Positions 29,769 to 39,893 are shown, counted from the first letter of the stretch. The stretch is 64,000 nt of DNA from an uncultured Alphaproteobacteria bacterium (GCA_934203105.1 CAKPYQ010000002.1:8277-72276), one strand, 5' to 3'. The notes: a model not told the origin generated them from the sequence alone. Program-made: numbers and translations.

Positions 29769-30710
29769 TTATTCCGTCGTTTGACATTCTTGCTTTTCAC
29801 CCAAAGTATCCAAAAACGCTCTTGCAAACGCAATGTGATCGTTTTTATACTTTGATAACGTCAGCAATGACAATAACATTCCGTGCTCATAGGCCGGCAG
29901 AATGCCCAAATCAATATACTGATCATCTTCATCTTTTAATAACATCTTGATTGAAAAGCCTTTTTCATCGCCACCGTCATCTAAAAATGAATTGACGCCG
30001 TCGGTAAACACCCATTCGCCGTTGACGCGGTGCGGCTGATAAGCTCCGCTTTCCAAATCATCGATTCGATCCGTAATGTAATCCAATATTTCTTTTGGGA
30101 AAACCAACGGAGAAAATCCGGCGGTGTGATTATACGCAATCGGTGATTTTTCAACCAAACGCCCGTTGTGAATGATACAATAGCGCGAAACGTCTTCTTG
30201 ATAAATACCGGTTGCCAACATTTGCTTTTCGTTTTTCAAGAACATATCCAAAATCTTTTTGATTTGGTTGTTTTCATTATCTTTTGGCAGATAGATGTCG
30301 TCCGGAAAAATCATCACGGCGTGGCGATCCGGCGACAAGCGATGCGCCAAGCCCAAAACGTGCGAAGTGCCTAACGGCTTTGATTGTATCGCGTATTGAA
30401 TACGAGCGTCGGCCGGAAGTTCCGTTTCCTCCAAAGCTTCCGCAATACGCTCGTGACCTTTGGCGCGCAAAGTGGCAACCAATTCGGGCGTCGGGCGTAA
30501 AGCCTCTTTAAACCGTTCGACAACGTCTTGTGAGCTGCAAACAATAGTAATATTGCGTCCGCCAATTTCAAAGATTTGCTTTAAAATATGGTCGATGATA
30601 CGCATTGAACCAAAGGGCAACAAACACTTATGCCCCAATCCTTTTGCTTGCGGATAGTTGCGTAAGCTTTTGCCGCCGCATGGAATAACAAATTCTATAT
30701 TTTCAAACAT
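29769..30710 (-). CDS. Sugar-phosphate nucleotidyltransferase family protein
   Basis: The start is MFENIEFVIPCGGKSLR, with a GGAGAAG ribosome-binding site. The G-rich NTP-binding loop and the QSKPLGTSHVLGLA motif resemble GalU/RmlA-type enzymes. The long C-terminal extension is unassigned. Confidence 0.6.
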   Translation of the reverse strand: MFENIEFVIPCGGKSLRNYPQAKGLGHKCLLPFGSMRIIDHILKQIFEIGGRNITIVCSSQDVVERFKEALRPTPELVATLRAKGHERIAEALEETELPADARIQYAIQSKPLGTSHVLGLAHRLSPDRHAVMIFPDDIYLPKDNENNQIKKILDMFLKNEKQMLATGIYQEDVSRYCIIHNGRLVEKSPIAYNHTAGFSPLVFPKEILDYITDRIDDLESGAYQPHRVNGEWVFTDGVNSFLDDGGDEKGFSIKMLLKDEDDQYIDLGILPAYEHGMLLSLLTLSKYKNDHIAFARAFLDTLGEKQECQTTE

Positions 30711-30830
30711 TTTTCTTCTCCCTTTACCAACTTTAATATATAGTGGGCCAGAAAAAAAATCCAGCATTTTTTTTCAAAAAGATTGTATTTTTTATAAAGT
30801 TGTGCTAAATCTTTTAAAAAGGAGCTTGAT

Positions 30831-31445
30831 ATGAAAGAAAATACCCAAATAAATATGCCCCCCGTTATGGATAAAGACGTTGATAAAACGCGTACTTATT
30901 TATATGAAACAAATACGCGCAACTTGGCAAAAGAGATTTTGTCCGATGGATATGTATCTGATCAAGAAAAAATCGAAATGCAAGCCAATCACGATGAAAT
31001 TATTCGCGATTTTTTGATTGCTACCGAATTGTTGGAAAAAATGGAAAAAAATCCGCAAAATTACTCTGCAAAAATGATTGAATCGGCGCGTTTTGTGGTT
31101 AATCGATTGATGCGGGCGCGCGAATTGTCTTTGGCTAAGATGCAGGAAATAAAGTACGCTAACTATGTGCCGCCGGCAGAAAAAGCTCTGCGGGCAGAGC
31201 GCAAAAAACGTAAAGAGCATTTGGATATCAATTTTAATTTATATCAGATTTTTGCGTTAAACGGCAATGCGCATGAAGTAATTGCTTATGCCAGAAAGCA
31301 AGAAAAAAATCGTGTGATGACGCCACAAGAGGCCGAAAAAACAGAAAAAAGAATTATGGATTTGGTCAATCAAGTCATCGAAAAAGGCCAAGATGAACGC
31401 TGTATTCGCCAATTTTTGGAAAATAATATGCAATCCAGACAATAA
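30831..31445 (+). CDS. Hypothetical protein (charged, predicted coiled-coil)
   Basis: The ORF has typical codon usage. No family recognised. Confidence 0.4.
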   Translation: MKENTQINMPPVMDKDVDKTRTYLYETNTRNLAKEILSDGYVSDQEKIEMQANHDEIIRDFLIATELLEKMEKNPQNYSAKMIESARFVVNRLMRARELSLAKMQEIKYANYVPPAEKALRAERKKRKEHLDINFNLYQIFALNGNAHEVIAYARKQEKNRVMTPQEAEKTEKRIMDLVNQVIEKGQDERCIRQFLENNMQSRQ

Positions 31446-31461
31446 ATTTTTAAAATAACCG

Positions 31462-31490
31462 TTGACAAGTGTTTGAAAATCGGTTATATA
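31462..31490 (+). promoter_or_regulatory. Consensus sigma70 promoter upstream of rpmH (TTGACA, 17-bp spacer, TATATA)
   Basis: The sequence is gTTGACAagtgtttgaaaatcggtTATATAagg. Confidence 0.55.
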
Positions 31491-31550
31491 AGGACATCTT
31501 GAAAAAAGATTGAAAGTAAATAAATTTGAATTAAGAACGGAGATTTTACC

Positions 31551-31685
31551 ATGAAACGTACATTTCAACCCTCGCAATTGGTTCGCTCTCGCCGTCATGG
31601 TTTCAGAAGCCGTATGGCAACAGTGGGCGGTCGCAAAGTATTAAGCGCTCGTCGTCGTAAAGGGCGTAAAGTTTTAAGCGCATAA
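31551..31685 (+). CDS. rpmH: 50S ribosomal protein L34
   Basis: [44 protein letters not shown]. At 44 aa it is missed by the 60-aa ORF track. Confidence 0.9.
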   Translation: MKRTFQPSQLVRSRRHGFRSRMATVGGRKVLSARRRKGRKVLSA

Positions 31686-31708
31686 GCTTGTTTTCGGACT
31701 TTTCGGTC

Positions 31709-32053
31709 ATGGAAACTGCTTTGTCGGTCTTAAAAAAGCGCAGAGAGTTTGTTCAAGTTGCTGAACAAGGTCGCAAATTCATAACCGGTGGTTTGGTTTT
31801 GCAAGTTTGGCAGCGACCAAAAGATAATTTATTTGGCGACGCGATACGGGTGGGTTTCACAACAACAAAAAAAGTTGGTATTGCTGTGAAGCGCAACCGT
31901 GTGCGTCGTCGTTTGCGTGTCTTGGCTAAAATGATTTTGCCTTCGTTGGGGCAAAAAGGCTGTGATTACGTCTTAATCGGGCGCAGTGCGACTTTTGATC
32001 GCTCGTTCGATTCGTTGCAAGATGATTTAAAGTATGCTTTAAAGAAGATTTAA
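31709..32053 (+). CDS. rnpA: RNase P protein component
   Basis: The basic RnpA motif is [17 protein letters not shown]. The start could instead be the upstream TTG at 31688. Confidence 0.8.
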   Translation: METALSVLKKRREFVQVAEQGRKFITGGLVLQVWQRPKDNLFGDAIRVGFTTTKKVGIAVKRNRVRRRLRVLAKMILPSLGQKGCDYVLIGRSATFDRSFDSLQDDLKYALKKI

Positions 32054-32054
32054 A

Positions 32055-32309
32055 ATGAAGATATTGTCGGCACTTGGTTGTTTTTTTGTTGACATTTATC
32101 GCATTTTTATATCGCCATTTAAAACCCCGTGTTGCCGTTTTACACCGACTTGTTCTGCCTATGCGAAAGAAGCATTACAAAAACATAGCTTTTTTAAAGC
32201 AATTCTGCTAATATTGAAACGACTCTTAAAATGTCACCCGTGGGGTGGTTCGGGATATGATCCGGTGCCCCCACCGACAAACGCAAACAAAAGAAAGAAT
32301 GAAAAATGA
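32055..32309 (+). CDS. yidD: Membrane protein insertion efficiency factor YidD
   Basis: The motif is [23 protein letters not shown]. Confidence 0.85.
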   Translation: MKILSALGCFFVDIYRIFISPFKTPCCRFTPTCSAYAKEALQKHSFFKAILLILKRLLKCHPWGGSGYDPVPPPTNANKRKNEK

Positions 32310-33988
32310 AAACAGAAAATAAAAATTTAATTTTAGCAATCATTTGCACTTTGTTGGTCTTTTTTGCGATGGATTATTTTTTTCCTCGAAATAAAGCTGT
32401 GACGCCGGTTGAAACAAACGCGGTTGCAGATGAAACGCCGGCAGTTCAAATTAAGGCATCGGAAAATCTGCCGGTCGTGGCTTTGAACAATGCCGAAGAT
32501 GCGGTTGTTAAAATCCAAAGCGCGACTTTGTCGGGTGAAATTCGCTTGCGCGGCGGTGTGTTCAATAATTTAAGCTTTTTAAAATATAAAGAAACTGTGG
32601 CAAAGAACAGTCCTGACGTTACTTTTCTAACGCCGTCATATTTTGCCTATTTGGGTGTATCCGGAACGGATATTGAATTGCCAAACAAAGATACTTTGTG
32701 GCATGCGAACAATACTGTTTTAACACCGACAGCGCCGGTGATTTTGACGTGGACGAATGCACAAGGCATTGTTTTTACACGAACAATTACTTTGGATGAT
32801 CAGTATATGTTTACGATTACCGATTCGGTTCAAAACAATTCGGACAAAGCCGTTAATGTGGCTTTTTCGGGCAGCTTAAACAGATTAAATCCGGTTTTGG
32901 AAGGCGCAACCAGCGTTCACCAAGGCTTTGTCGGCGTGTTAGATAAAAAGTTAAAAGAAGAAAAGTTTTCATCGATCGAATCACATCAATCGCAAACTTT
33001 CGATTCCAACGGAGGTTGGTTTGGTTTGACGGATAAATATTGGCTATCGGCATTTGCTTTTAATCCGGCCGTTTCGAATTTAACGGCAAATGTAAAGTAT
33101 GCACCGCAAGGTGAGGATAAATTATTTACGGCTGATTTTATGACGGCGGCGCAAAAAGTCGAAGCCGGTAAAAGTGTCGAAAACGTTGTTTATTTTTTCG
33201 CCGGCCCCAAAGAATTGGATTTGATTATGGGTTATCAAGATACTTTGGGGATTGATCGTTTTGAGTTGGCGATTGATTTTGGGTGGTATTATTTTCTGAC
33301 AAAACCGTTTTTGTATATTTTAAGTTGGCTCTATGGAATGGTGGGCAATATGGGTATTGCCATTTTGATTTTTGCAACTTTGTTGCGTATTTTGTTGTTG
33401 CCGATTGCCGGAAAATCATTCGAAAGTATGGCTAAAATGCGCAAGATTCAGCCCAAAATATTGGAATTACAAAAGCGTTATAAAGACGATAAGTTGCGCT
33501 TGAATCAAGAAACTTTGGCTTTGTATAAAAAAGAAAATGTCAATCCGGCGGCCGGTTGTTTGCCGATGTTTATTCAAATTCCGGTTTTCTTTTCTTTGTA
33601 TAAAGTGTTATCGGTTTCAATCGAGATGCGACAAGCCCCATTCTTTGGTTGGATTCAAGATTTATCAGCGCGTGATCCGTCTTCTGTTTTTACTTTGTTC
33701 GGGCTTGTCCCATGGCCGATCCCCGGTATTTTAAATATCGGTGTTTGGCCGGTTTTGATGGGCTTGACGATGTATTTGCAACAAAAGATGAACCCGCAAT
33801 CTGCGCCGGCGACAAATGCGCCTGATGCGCCCGGCAATGAGATGGTCAAAGCAATGAAATGGATGCCGGTTATCTTTACATTTATGATGGGCAATTTTGC
33901 TTCCGGTTTAGTGATTTACTGGACATGGAGCAATGTTTTGTCGATCGCTCAACAACGCTATGTTATGCACAAGTATGGAGTTAAATAA
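32306..33988 (+). CDS. yidC: Membrane protein insertase YidC
   Basis: An N-terminal transmembrane segment and periplasmic domain are followed by the conserved C-terminal 5-TM core ([20 protein letters not shown]...). Confidence 0.9.
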   Translation: MKTENKNLILAIICTLLVFFAMDYFFPRNKAVTPVETNAVADETPAVQIKASENLPVVALNNAEDAVVKIQSATLSGEIRLRGGVFNNLSFLKYKETVAKNSPDVTFLTPSYFAYLGVSGTDIELPNKDTLWHANNTVLTPTAPVILTWTNAQGIVFTRTITLDDQYMFTITDSVQNNSDKAVNVAFSGSLNRLNPVLEGATSVHQGFVGVLDKKLKEEKFSSIESHQSQTFDSNGGWFGLTDKYWLSAFAFNPAVSNLTANVKYAPQGEDKLFTADFMTAAQKVEAGKSVENVVYFFAGPKELDLIMGYQDTLGIDRFELAIDFGWYYFLTKPFLYILSWLYGMVGNMGIAILIFATLLRILLLPIAGKSFESMAKMRKIQPKILELQKRYKDDKLRLNQETLALYKKENVNPAAGCLPMFIQIPVFFSLYKVLSVSIEMRQAPFFGWIQDLSARDPSSVFTLFGLVPWPIPGILNIGVWPVLMGLTMYLQQKMNPQSAPATNAPDAPGNEMVKAMKWMPVIFTFMMGNFASGLVIYWTWSNVLSIAQQRYVMHKYGVK

Positions 33989-34641
33989 TGGCGCAAGATG
34001 TTTTAGATAAGATCCGCCAAAAAGAAGCCATCGAGCAGGGTGCAGCGTTATTTTTGCGTCCTTGCAACTTCGTTTTGGGTGTCGCGTGGTTGGAACAATT
34101 GCCGGACACAGAACGTATGGAAATTGCTTTTGCCGGACGTTCTAATGTTGGCAAATCCAGTTTGATTAACGCTCTTTTTTCCAAAAAAGATTTAGCCAGA
34201 GCTTCGGCAACTCCCGGACGGACGCAACAACTTAACTTTTTCGATTTGGACGGCGTGTTAAACGTCGTTGACTTGCCGGGTTATGGCTATGCGCAAGCGC
34301 CGGAAAAGCACGTCAAAACGTGGAATAATTTAGTCTTTACTTATTTAAAAGGTCGCCCCAACTTGCGCCGTGTTTATTTGTTAATCGATGCGCGCCACGG
34401 GATTAAAGATAAAGACGTGGAAGTGATGAAAATGTTGGATAAAGCCGCTGTTTCATACCAAGTTATTTTAACCAAATCCGATAAAGTAAAGTCGGTTGAA
34501 TTGGAAAAGACAACCTTTGAAGTGAAAAAGAAAATGTCCAAGCATACGGCTTGTCACCCTGAATTATTGGTGACCAGTTCCGAAAAAAAGCAGGGGATTG
34601 ATTTGGTACGCGCCAGCATTTGGGAATTAACGCAAAGCTGA
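33988..34641 (+). CDS. engB: Ribosome biogenesis GTPase YihA/EngB
   Basis: GRSNVGKSSLINALF (G1) with DLPGYG and TKSDK motifs. Confidence 0.85.
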   Translation: MAQDVLDKIRQKEAIEQGAALFLRPCNFVLGVAWLEQLPDTERMEIAFAGRSNVGKSSLINALFSKKDLARASATPGRTQQLNFFDLDGVLNVVDLPGYGYAQAPEKHVKTWNNLVFTYLKGRPNLRRVYLLIDARHGIKDKDVEVMKMLDKAAVSYQVILTKSDKVKSVELEKTTFEVKKKMSKHTACHPELLVTSSEKKQGIDLVRASIWELTQS

Positions 34642-34652
34642 TTTTGGGCGTT

Positions 34653-34931
34653 TCATTTATCGTATTGCAAAAATGCTTTTTTGATGGTTTGCAAAACTTG
34701 TTCTTGCGGTATGTCAGAGCTGAATAAATTATTGATTTGATGTGACAGGTATGTTTCTAAAATATAAGCCTCGACGCTTTTAACAGCCGATCTGACCGAA
34801 CGCAATTGAATTAAGATTTCTTCGCAGCGGCGATTTTCTTCAATCATCTTTTTTATGCCTTCGATTTGTCCGGCTATGCGATTGAGTTGCCGCGTATTGT
34901 TAAATTGAGTTGAGTATTTAGTCATTTTCAA
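34653..34931 (-). CDS. CsoR/RcnR/FrmR-family metal- or stress-sensing transcriptional repressor with a non-canonical ligand set
   Basis: The helical-bundle signature is RIAGQIEGIKKMIEENRRCEEILIQLRSVRSAVKSVEAYILETYLSH. Cys36 is conserved, position 61 is Tyr and His lies at 64. The gene is divergent from the CDF gene. Confidence 0.65.
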   Translation of the reverse strand: MKMTKYSTQFNNTRQLNRIAGQIEGIKKMIEENRRCEEILIQLRSVRSAVKSVEAYILETYLSHQINNLFSSDIPQEQVLQTIKKAFLQYDK

Positions 34932-35080
34932 ACCTTATGTTAAGTTATTGTTTTTTATTTATAATAAAGAACTTGTTTGACAAAAGCAATTATTTTTTTA
35001 TAAGCTTTTTTCATTTTGAACTTTCATTTCAATTTATTATTTTTGGATTTGAAAAAACACTTCAAATTATTAAAAATTCA

Positions 35081-35109
35081 TTGACTTGTCGCTCACATTT
35101 TTTTATGAT
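35081..35109 (+). promoter_or_regulatory. Sigma70-like promoter for the CDF gene (TTGACT, 17-bp spacer, TATGAT), in the shared regulator/exporter intergenic region
   Basis: The sequence is aTTGACTtgtcgctcacatttttttTATGATaaac. Confidence 0.45.
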
Positions 35110-35132
35110 AAACCTGAAAATAGGAGATAAAA

Positions 35133-36029
35133 ATGGCACATTCACATGAACATAATCACGAACATTCGCATGAAGTAAATCCCAAAACGATTCGTTATTT
35201 ATTTATTGCTTTTATTATCAATATGTTGTTGACGGTGGTAGAGCTGGTTGCCGGATTTTTGGCCGGCAGTATTGCTTTGGTCGGCGATGCGTTGCATAAT
35301 ACCAGCGATGCTTTTTCGATTTTAATTGCGATTATTGCCTATAAAATCGGGACTAAAAAAGCGACAAATCGTTATTCTTACGGGTTTAAACGTGCAGAGA
35401 CAATCGGCGGCTTTGTTAATTTGATATTGCTGTTTATTTCCGGCTGCTATTTGTTATTTGAAGGCGTTTCGAAAATCATAACACCGGAAGAAATTAACGG
35501 TTGGGCGATTATTATTGTTTCGATTTTGGCTTTGATTATTGACAGCGCGACAGCAAAGCTATCGCATACGGATTCAGGCCATAACACCAATATGAAAATG
35601 TTGTTTTTGCATAATTTAGCCGATGCTTTGGGATCCGTCGGCGTGATTGTTTCGGGCTTGTTTGTTGTGTTCTTGGGTTGGAGCTTTGTCGATGGCGTGA
35701 TCGCGGTTATGATCGCAATTTATATGATTGTTCAATCTGTGCTATCTTTTTCGGGAATTGTCGACATTTTAATGGACGCAGCGCCGCAGCAATTGGATAC
35801 AGAGGAAATAAAATCCGCTTTAAAAAAGCTTTCGGGTGTTCGGGACGTTGCGCATATGCATTTGTGGTCGATCAATGAAAATGAACTGGGCTTTGATTGC
35901 CACATCATTGGCGATAATACGCAAGTCGCGCAAGACGTTCAGAAAGTCCTGTCCGAAAAGTTTGGCATTCACCATTGCACGGTTCAAGTCGATAAAGATA
36001 AAGCCTGTGTTAAATGTTCGCTATCTTAA
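35133..36029 (+). CDS. Cation diffusion facilitator (CzcD/ZitB-like) divalent metal efflux transporter
   Basis: The N-terminus MAHSHEHNHEHSHEV is His-rich. Six transmembrane segments and a C-terminal cytoplasmic domain with HxxxD-type motifs follow. Confidence 0.8.
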   Translation: MAHSHEHNHEHSHEVNPKTIRYLFIAFIINMLLTVVELVAGFLAGSIALVGDALHNTSDAFSILIAIIAYKIGTKKATNRYSYGFKRAETIGGFVNLILLFISGCYLLFEGVSKIITPEEINGWAIIIVSILALIIDSATAKLSHTDSGHNTNMKMLFLHNLADALGSVGVIVSGLFVVFLGWSFVDGVIAVMIAIYMIVQSVLSFSGIVDILMDAAPQQLDTEEIKSALKKLSGVRDVAHMHLWSINENELGFDCHIIGDNTQVAQDVQKVLSEKFGIHHCTVQVDKDKACVKCSLS

Positions 36030-36605
36030 CACGTCTTTTAAAATATCGCCGATTTCGTAAACGGGCAAACCGACAATATTGGGATACGATCCTTTGATTT
36101 TTTTGACAAAGGTCGATAACATTCCTTCAATTCGATAGGCTGCAACATTTTTCCATTCTCCGGATTGAATCAACGCTATTTTTTCGTTTTCCGTGATTTT
36201 TTTGATGTAAACCGTCGTGCGAACAAGTCCGGTTATTTGCTTGCCCGATGGAGCAATGACACTGTAACCCGTCAAAACAGAATGCTTTGAGTTAGAAATT
36301 AAATCCAAGTTTTGGCGTGCAACGGCCGCGTCTTTGGCTTTACGAATGATTTTGCCTTTGGCAACGATGATCGTATCGGCCGCAACAATGCATTCATTCG
36401 GGTGCTTTAAAGCGACAAATGATACTTTTTGAGCCGCAACACGTTTGACATAGTGCGCCGGTTTTTCACCCTTTAAAACGCTTTCGTCAATGTCGGCGGC
36501 AATGCATTCTTTCGGCTCAAAGCCCGCATCGAAAAGCAATTTCAATCTTTGCGGAGAGCAAGAAGCCAAGATAAATTCTTTTTGTAAATTCCATTTATTC
36601 GTCAT
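36021..36605 (-). CDS. maf: Maf-like nucleotide pyrophosphatase
   Basis: ILASCSPQRLKLL...GFEP and the Maf fold motifs are present. Confidence 0.8.
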   Translation of the reverse strand: MTNKWNLQKEFILASCSPQRLKLLFDAGFEPKECIAADIDESVLKGEKPAHYVKRVAAQKVSFVALKHPNECIVAADTIIVAKGKIIRKAKDAAVARQNLDLISNSKHSVLTGYSVIAPSGKQITGLVRTTVYIKKITENEKIALIQSGEWKNVAAYRIEGMLSTFVKKIKGSYPNIVGLPVYEIGDILKDVLR

Positions 36606-36724
36606 TTTTTTTCAACTCCGCTTTTAAGAATGCCCCGTTTTAAAAATAAAGTCAATTAAAAATACTTGACAAAACGACCCGCTTGTTTTAAACTTTAAAC
36701 ATAAAAGATCACAAGGACAAAAGT

Positions 36725-37267
36725 ATGCAACCCACAAACACAATTTCATCGCTTTATCGATTTCGCAATAACGAAAAGTTTGTACAAACTCGTTTAGCGG
36801 ATTATTTGCTGATGCATATTTTTTCACCGACGGTTTTGTCTTTGGCCGCCGAAAAGTGGGAAACTTTGCCGCCCTATATTCGAGCCGAAGTTCCGGATCA
36901 AGTTTTAAAAATTGCTTTTGAAGCGCAATCCGACAAATCAAAGCAAATGGCTTTATGTCGCTATTGGCTGGAAAAATCCGTTCGCGTTTTAACGGCGTAT
37001 AGTCAAGCGCCGGTTCCTTATTCAAAAGATCCGAAAGTTTCTTTTGACACTGTTGACTTGCTGTCGACAAAGGGCAAACAACAGCTTGACTTATTGCAAA
37101 ATAAACTGCAAATGAACGACTTTTCCGCCGTGAGTGAACGCGCAGCAATCAAAGGCGGACATAAGTTTTTGTTGGATATATCTTTGTTTAAAAACTTTAA
37201 TCGTTTGAAATCATCGACTTTTTATTTACGCCCGCAATTCGGACGCTTTAAGTTCGGGGTGCTATAA
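36725..37267 (+). CDS. Hypothetical protein
   Basis: Preferred over the antisense ORF 36624-37148. It has an upstream TTGACA-17-TAAACT promoter at 36666-36694, an AAGGACAAAAG ribosome-binding site and genome-typical codon usage. Confidence 0.4.
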   Translation: MQPTNTISSLYRFRNNEKFVQTRLADYLLMHIFSPTVLSLAAEKWETLPPYIRAEVPDQVLKIAFEAQSDKSKQMALCRYWLEKSVRVLTAYSQAPVPYSKDPKVSFDTVDLLSTKGKQQLDLLQNKLQMNDFSAVSERAAIKGGHKFLLDISLFKNFNRLKSSTFYLRPQFGRFKFGVL

Positions 37268-37268
37268 T

Positions 37269-37994
37269 ATGTGTGCGCATTGCGGGTTTGCGGCAAAACC
37301 GCCCGTGTCACATTTGCCGTATCCGGTTTTTGTCCGTTTAGCGCATTTGTACGGTCGGCAGTTGCGCAGTCCTTATTCCGGATTGTCTCAATTTTATTCG
37401 AACTCGGATCCGCTTTCTTATCGCGACGATATTTTGGACGTTGATGTGGGCGATGTTTGCCGTTATGTTCAAACTTGTTTGCCCAAAGAAAGCCAATTGC
37501 GCGCCAGCATTGTCACCAAAGGCGCTTTGTTTGAAAAAGATTTATGGGCTTTGGCAAAAGCGTTTGAAAGCAATTCGGTTTCGCTGTCCTTTGTTGATTT
37601 ACCGGGCGAGCGCAATATCGGTAAAAATTGGAAACGGATTTTGACTTCTTTATCGGCGTTAAGCCAAGTTTCAAAAGATCGTCAAGGGGATAACAAAATC
37701 GAATTTCGGCATGTTTGCTTACCCGACGATACAAAGGAAAAGAATGACTTTTTGCTTGATGATGATACGCTGTTTCGAAAGCTTTTTCCTGTTTTCAACG
37801 GTCGATGGGTTGAAACAAGTCAAAAACAAAGTTTACCTTTTGCCTATCGCGGGCGCAAGGTTGGCTTTTCGATGACGCAAGACATTGTTATTTCCTCAAA
37901 CGGCAATATTTATGATTGCAGATTAAAGCCGGGAGCTACACAATTTACATGGAAAAAGGTCGATAATATTTTCCGATATATGGACCGCGATTAA
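37269..37994 (+). CDS. Hypothetical protein
   Basis: It starts 1 nt after the preceding stop, so the two probably form an operon. No family recognised. Confidence 0.4.
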   Translation: MCAHCGFAAKPPVSHLPYPVFVRLAHLYGRQLRSPYSGLSQFYSNSDPLSYRDDILDVDVGDVCRYVQTCLPKESQLRASIVTKGALFEKDLWALAKAFESNSVSLSFVDLPGERNIGKNWKRILTSLSALSQVSKDRQGDNKIEFRHVCLPDDTKEKNDFLLDDDTLFRKLFPVFNGRWVETSQKQSLPFAYRGRKVGFSMTQDIVISSNGNIYDCRLKPGATQFTWKKVDNIFRYMDRD

Positions 37995-38887
37995 GAGGCG
38001 GATTTTTTGCGCATACTGCCGACGATGATCCCCGAAAAAAGAAACGCGGCACCGATCAATTCGCCCAAAGCCAAGTGTTCGTCCAAAACAAAGAATGCTT
38101 CGATTGAACTGAACAGTGGCAAAAGATAGTAAAGCAATCCGGCGCGCAAAGATCCGATTCGGCTTAAAGCAATATTCCACGCCAAATACCCGAAAATCGA
38201 ATTGACAATGCCCAAATAAGCCAACAATCCCCATTGAACAATGCCGATATTTGACAGCGGATTTTTATCCAAAGTCGTTAAGAAAAACGGCAATAAAGTT
38301 AATGTGCCAACCGTAATCGTGACGGAAAGAAAGGATATTTGCGATAAGTTTTGCGGGCGTTTTCGTTCAAAAGCTCCGTAAAGCCCAAAGAAGAGGGCGA
38401 AAACCAACATCCATAAATTACCCGCCGCAAAACGAAAGTCTTGAAAGGCAGATATTTTGCCGCCGGAAATAACGATTAAAACGCCCAAAAAGGTAATTAA
38501 AAAGCCGATGATCTGCCTCTTGGACAAGGATACGCGGAAAAAAATCCACGAAAAAATGACCATTAAAACAGGTCCCATTGTCGCTAATAAAGACATATCA
38601 ATAGCGCTGGTCGAATGGCCGGCTTGATAAATAAAATTGTTCATAAACGCCAGTCCGACGGATAAAAATAAAATGATTTTCCATGATTTTAATAATGTAA
38701 TCTTTTCCTTTAAAACTTGTTTATAAGTAAATGGTAATAAACAAATACCAGCGATAAACCAACGAAAAAAAGATATTTGAAAAGGCGGAATAAATGGCGC
38801 TAAATATCTGGAAATGATAACGTTCCAGCTCCATAAAAAAATCGCCAACAAACCAAAAAAGTATCCTGATTTTGCAATTGGTTGCAT
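37991..38887 (-). CDS. EamA/DMT-family transporter
   Basis: The start is MQPIAKSGYFFGLLAIFLWS, with a GGAAGGAAAAAA ribosome-binding site. It has 10 transmembrane segments with a duplicated EamA architecture. Confidence 0.7.
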   Translation of the reverse strand: MQPIAKSGYFFGLLAIFLWSWNVIISRYLAPFIPPFQISFFRWFIAGICLLPFTYKQVLKEKITLLKSWKIILFLSVGLAFMNNFIYQAGHSTSAIDMSLLATMGPVLMVIFSWIFFRVSLSKRQIIGFLITFLGVLIVISGGKISAFQDFRFAAGNLWMLVFALFFGLYGAFERKRPQNLSQISFLSVTITVGTLTLLPFFLTTLDKNPLSNIGIVQWGLLAYLGIVNSIFGYLAWNIALSRIGSLRAGLLYYLLPLFSSIEAFFVLDEHLALGELIGAAFLFSGIIVGSMRKKSAS

Positions 38888-38970
38888 TTTGTTTTTTCCT
38901 TCCGTTGCCTTTTTAAATGGCATATAAGTTGGAAATAAATGCTTTACAAGCAAAACAAAAGTCGAGTTTT

Positions 38971-39459
38971 TTACTCCTTGGTCAAATCGTAAAAGGGGGC
39001 TTTGACAAAGTCGGAAAGTTGTTGCGGATTTAATTGTAACGTAACGCCGACTTTACCGCCGCTGACGCAAATTGTATCGAACAAAATCGCTGTTTCATCG
39101 ATGAATGTCGGAAAGGATTTTTTCATTCCAATAGGCGAGCAACCGCCGTGAATGTAACCTGTTAAAGGCAATAAGTTTTTCATCGGCATCATTTCTAAAT
39201 TTTTAACATTTGCGGCTTTGGCGGCCTTTTTCAAATCCAATTCGTGTGCGGCCGGAATGACAAATACAAAATGTTCAAAAGAATGTGTTTGTGTCGCCGA
39301 CTGCGTCACCAATGTTTTAAAAACTTGATCTGTTGATTTATGGACTTGGTTTGCAACCGACACGGCGTCGATGCCGATTTTCGGATCGTAAGTATATGCT
39401 GTAAAAGGAATTTTTGCGCTTTCCAAAATGCGCATTACATTGGTTTTTACGGTTTGCAT
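38971..39459 (-). CDS. ybaK: YbaK/EbsC-family Cys-tRNA(Pro)/aminoacyl-tRNA deacylase
   Basis: GYIHGGCSPIGMKK and the YbaK fold motifs are present. Confidence 0.75.
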   Translation of the reverse strand: MQTVKTNVMRILESAKIPFTAYTYDPKIGIDAVSVANQVHKSTDQVFKTLVTQSATQTHSFEHFVFVIPAAHELDLKKAAKAANVKNLEMMPMKNLLPLTGYIHGGCSPIGMKKSFPTFIDETAILFDTICVSGGKVGVTLQLNPQQLSDFVKAPFYDLTKE

Positions 39460-39589
39460 TTTATTGTATCCTTTGGTTTTACAGAAAGGCTATCACAAAT
39501 AAAATGTATTTTCAACAAAACTTTTTAATTTTTTACTTGATTTTTATTTTTTTTCCTGTATGATGGATTTGTTTTTGAAAAAAGACCGG

Positions 39590-39674
39590 TTTTCGGAGTA
39601 CCGATTTTAAAACTTCGAGATGGTTTTGTGGATGGGTGGCTTAAGCGGTTTAATGCGGCGGTCTTAGTCGCGTT
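39590..39674 (+). repeat. Partial upstream copy of tRNA-Ser: leader plus 5' half, up to the anticodon loop
   Basis: The roughly 85-bp segment ggttttcggagtaccgattttaaaacttcgagatggttttgtggatgggtggcttaagcggtttaatgcggcggtctt matches 39730-39816 with 5 mismatches. Confidence 0.7.
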
Positions 39675-39772
39675 AGCGGAATGAAGCAAAGCTTCAGACA
39701 ACACCGTTTTTGGACATCGTCCAAAACAACGGTTTTCGAGGTACCGATTTTAAAACTTCGAGATGGTTTTGC

Positions 39773-39860
39773 GGATGGGTGGCAGAGCGGTTTAATGCGG
39801 CGGTCTTGAAAACCGTTGAGGGGCGACCCTCCGGGAGTTCGAATCTCTCCCCATCCGCCA
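39773..39860 (+). tRNA. tRNA-Ser (anticodon UGA)
   Basis: The cloverleaf is GGATGGG acceptor, GCA/TGC D-stem, GAGCGGTTTAA D-loop, GCGGT-CTTGAAA-ACCGT anticodon arm, a 16-nt variable arm, GGGAG-TTCGAAT-CTCTC T-arm and an encoded GCCA. It is highly similar to E. coli serT. Confidence 0.85.
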
Positions 39861-39893
39861 ACAAAAAAAGCGTCCGATAAGGGCGCCTTTTTT
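39842..39893. repeat. 52-bp direct repeat, copy 1: the last 19 nt of tRNA-Ser plus its terminator hairpin
   Basis: The sequence aatctctccccatccgccaacaaaaaaagcgtccgataagggcgcctttttt is identical to 40013-40064. Confidence 0.8.

Noticed and set aside
36624-37148. A 174-aa minus-strand ORF upstream of maf
   Set aside because: It overlaps a better-supported plus-strand gene that has a promoter, a ribosome-binding site and typical codon usage. The antisense product is Arg/Cys/Ser-rich with atypical composition.
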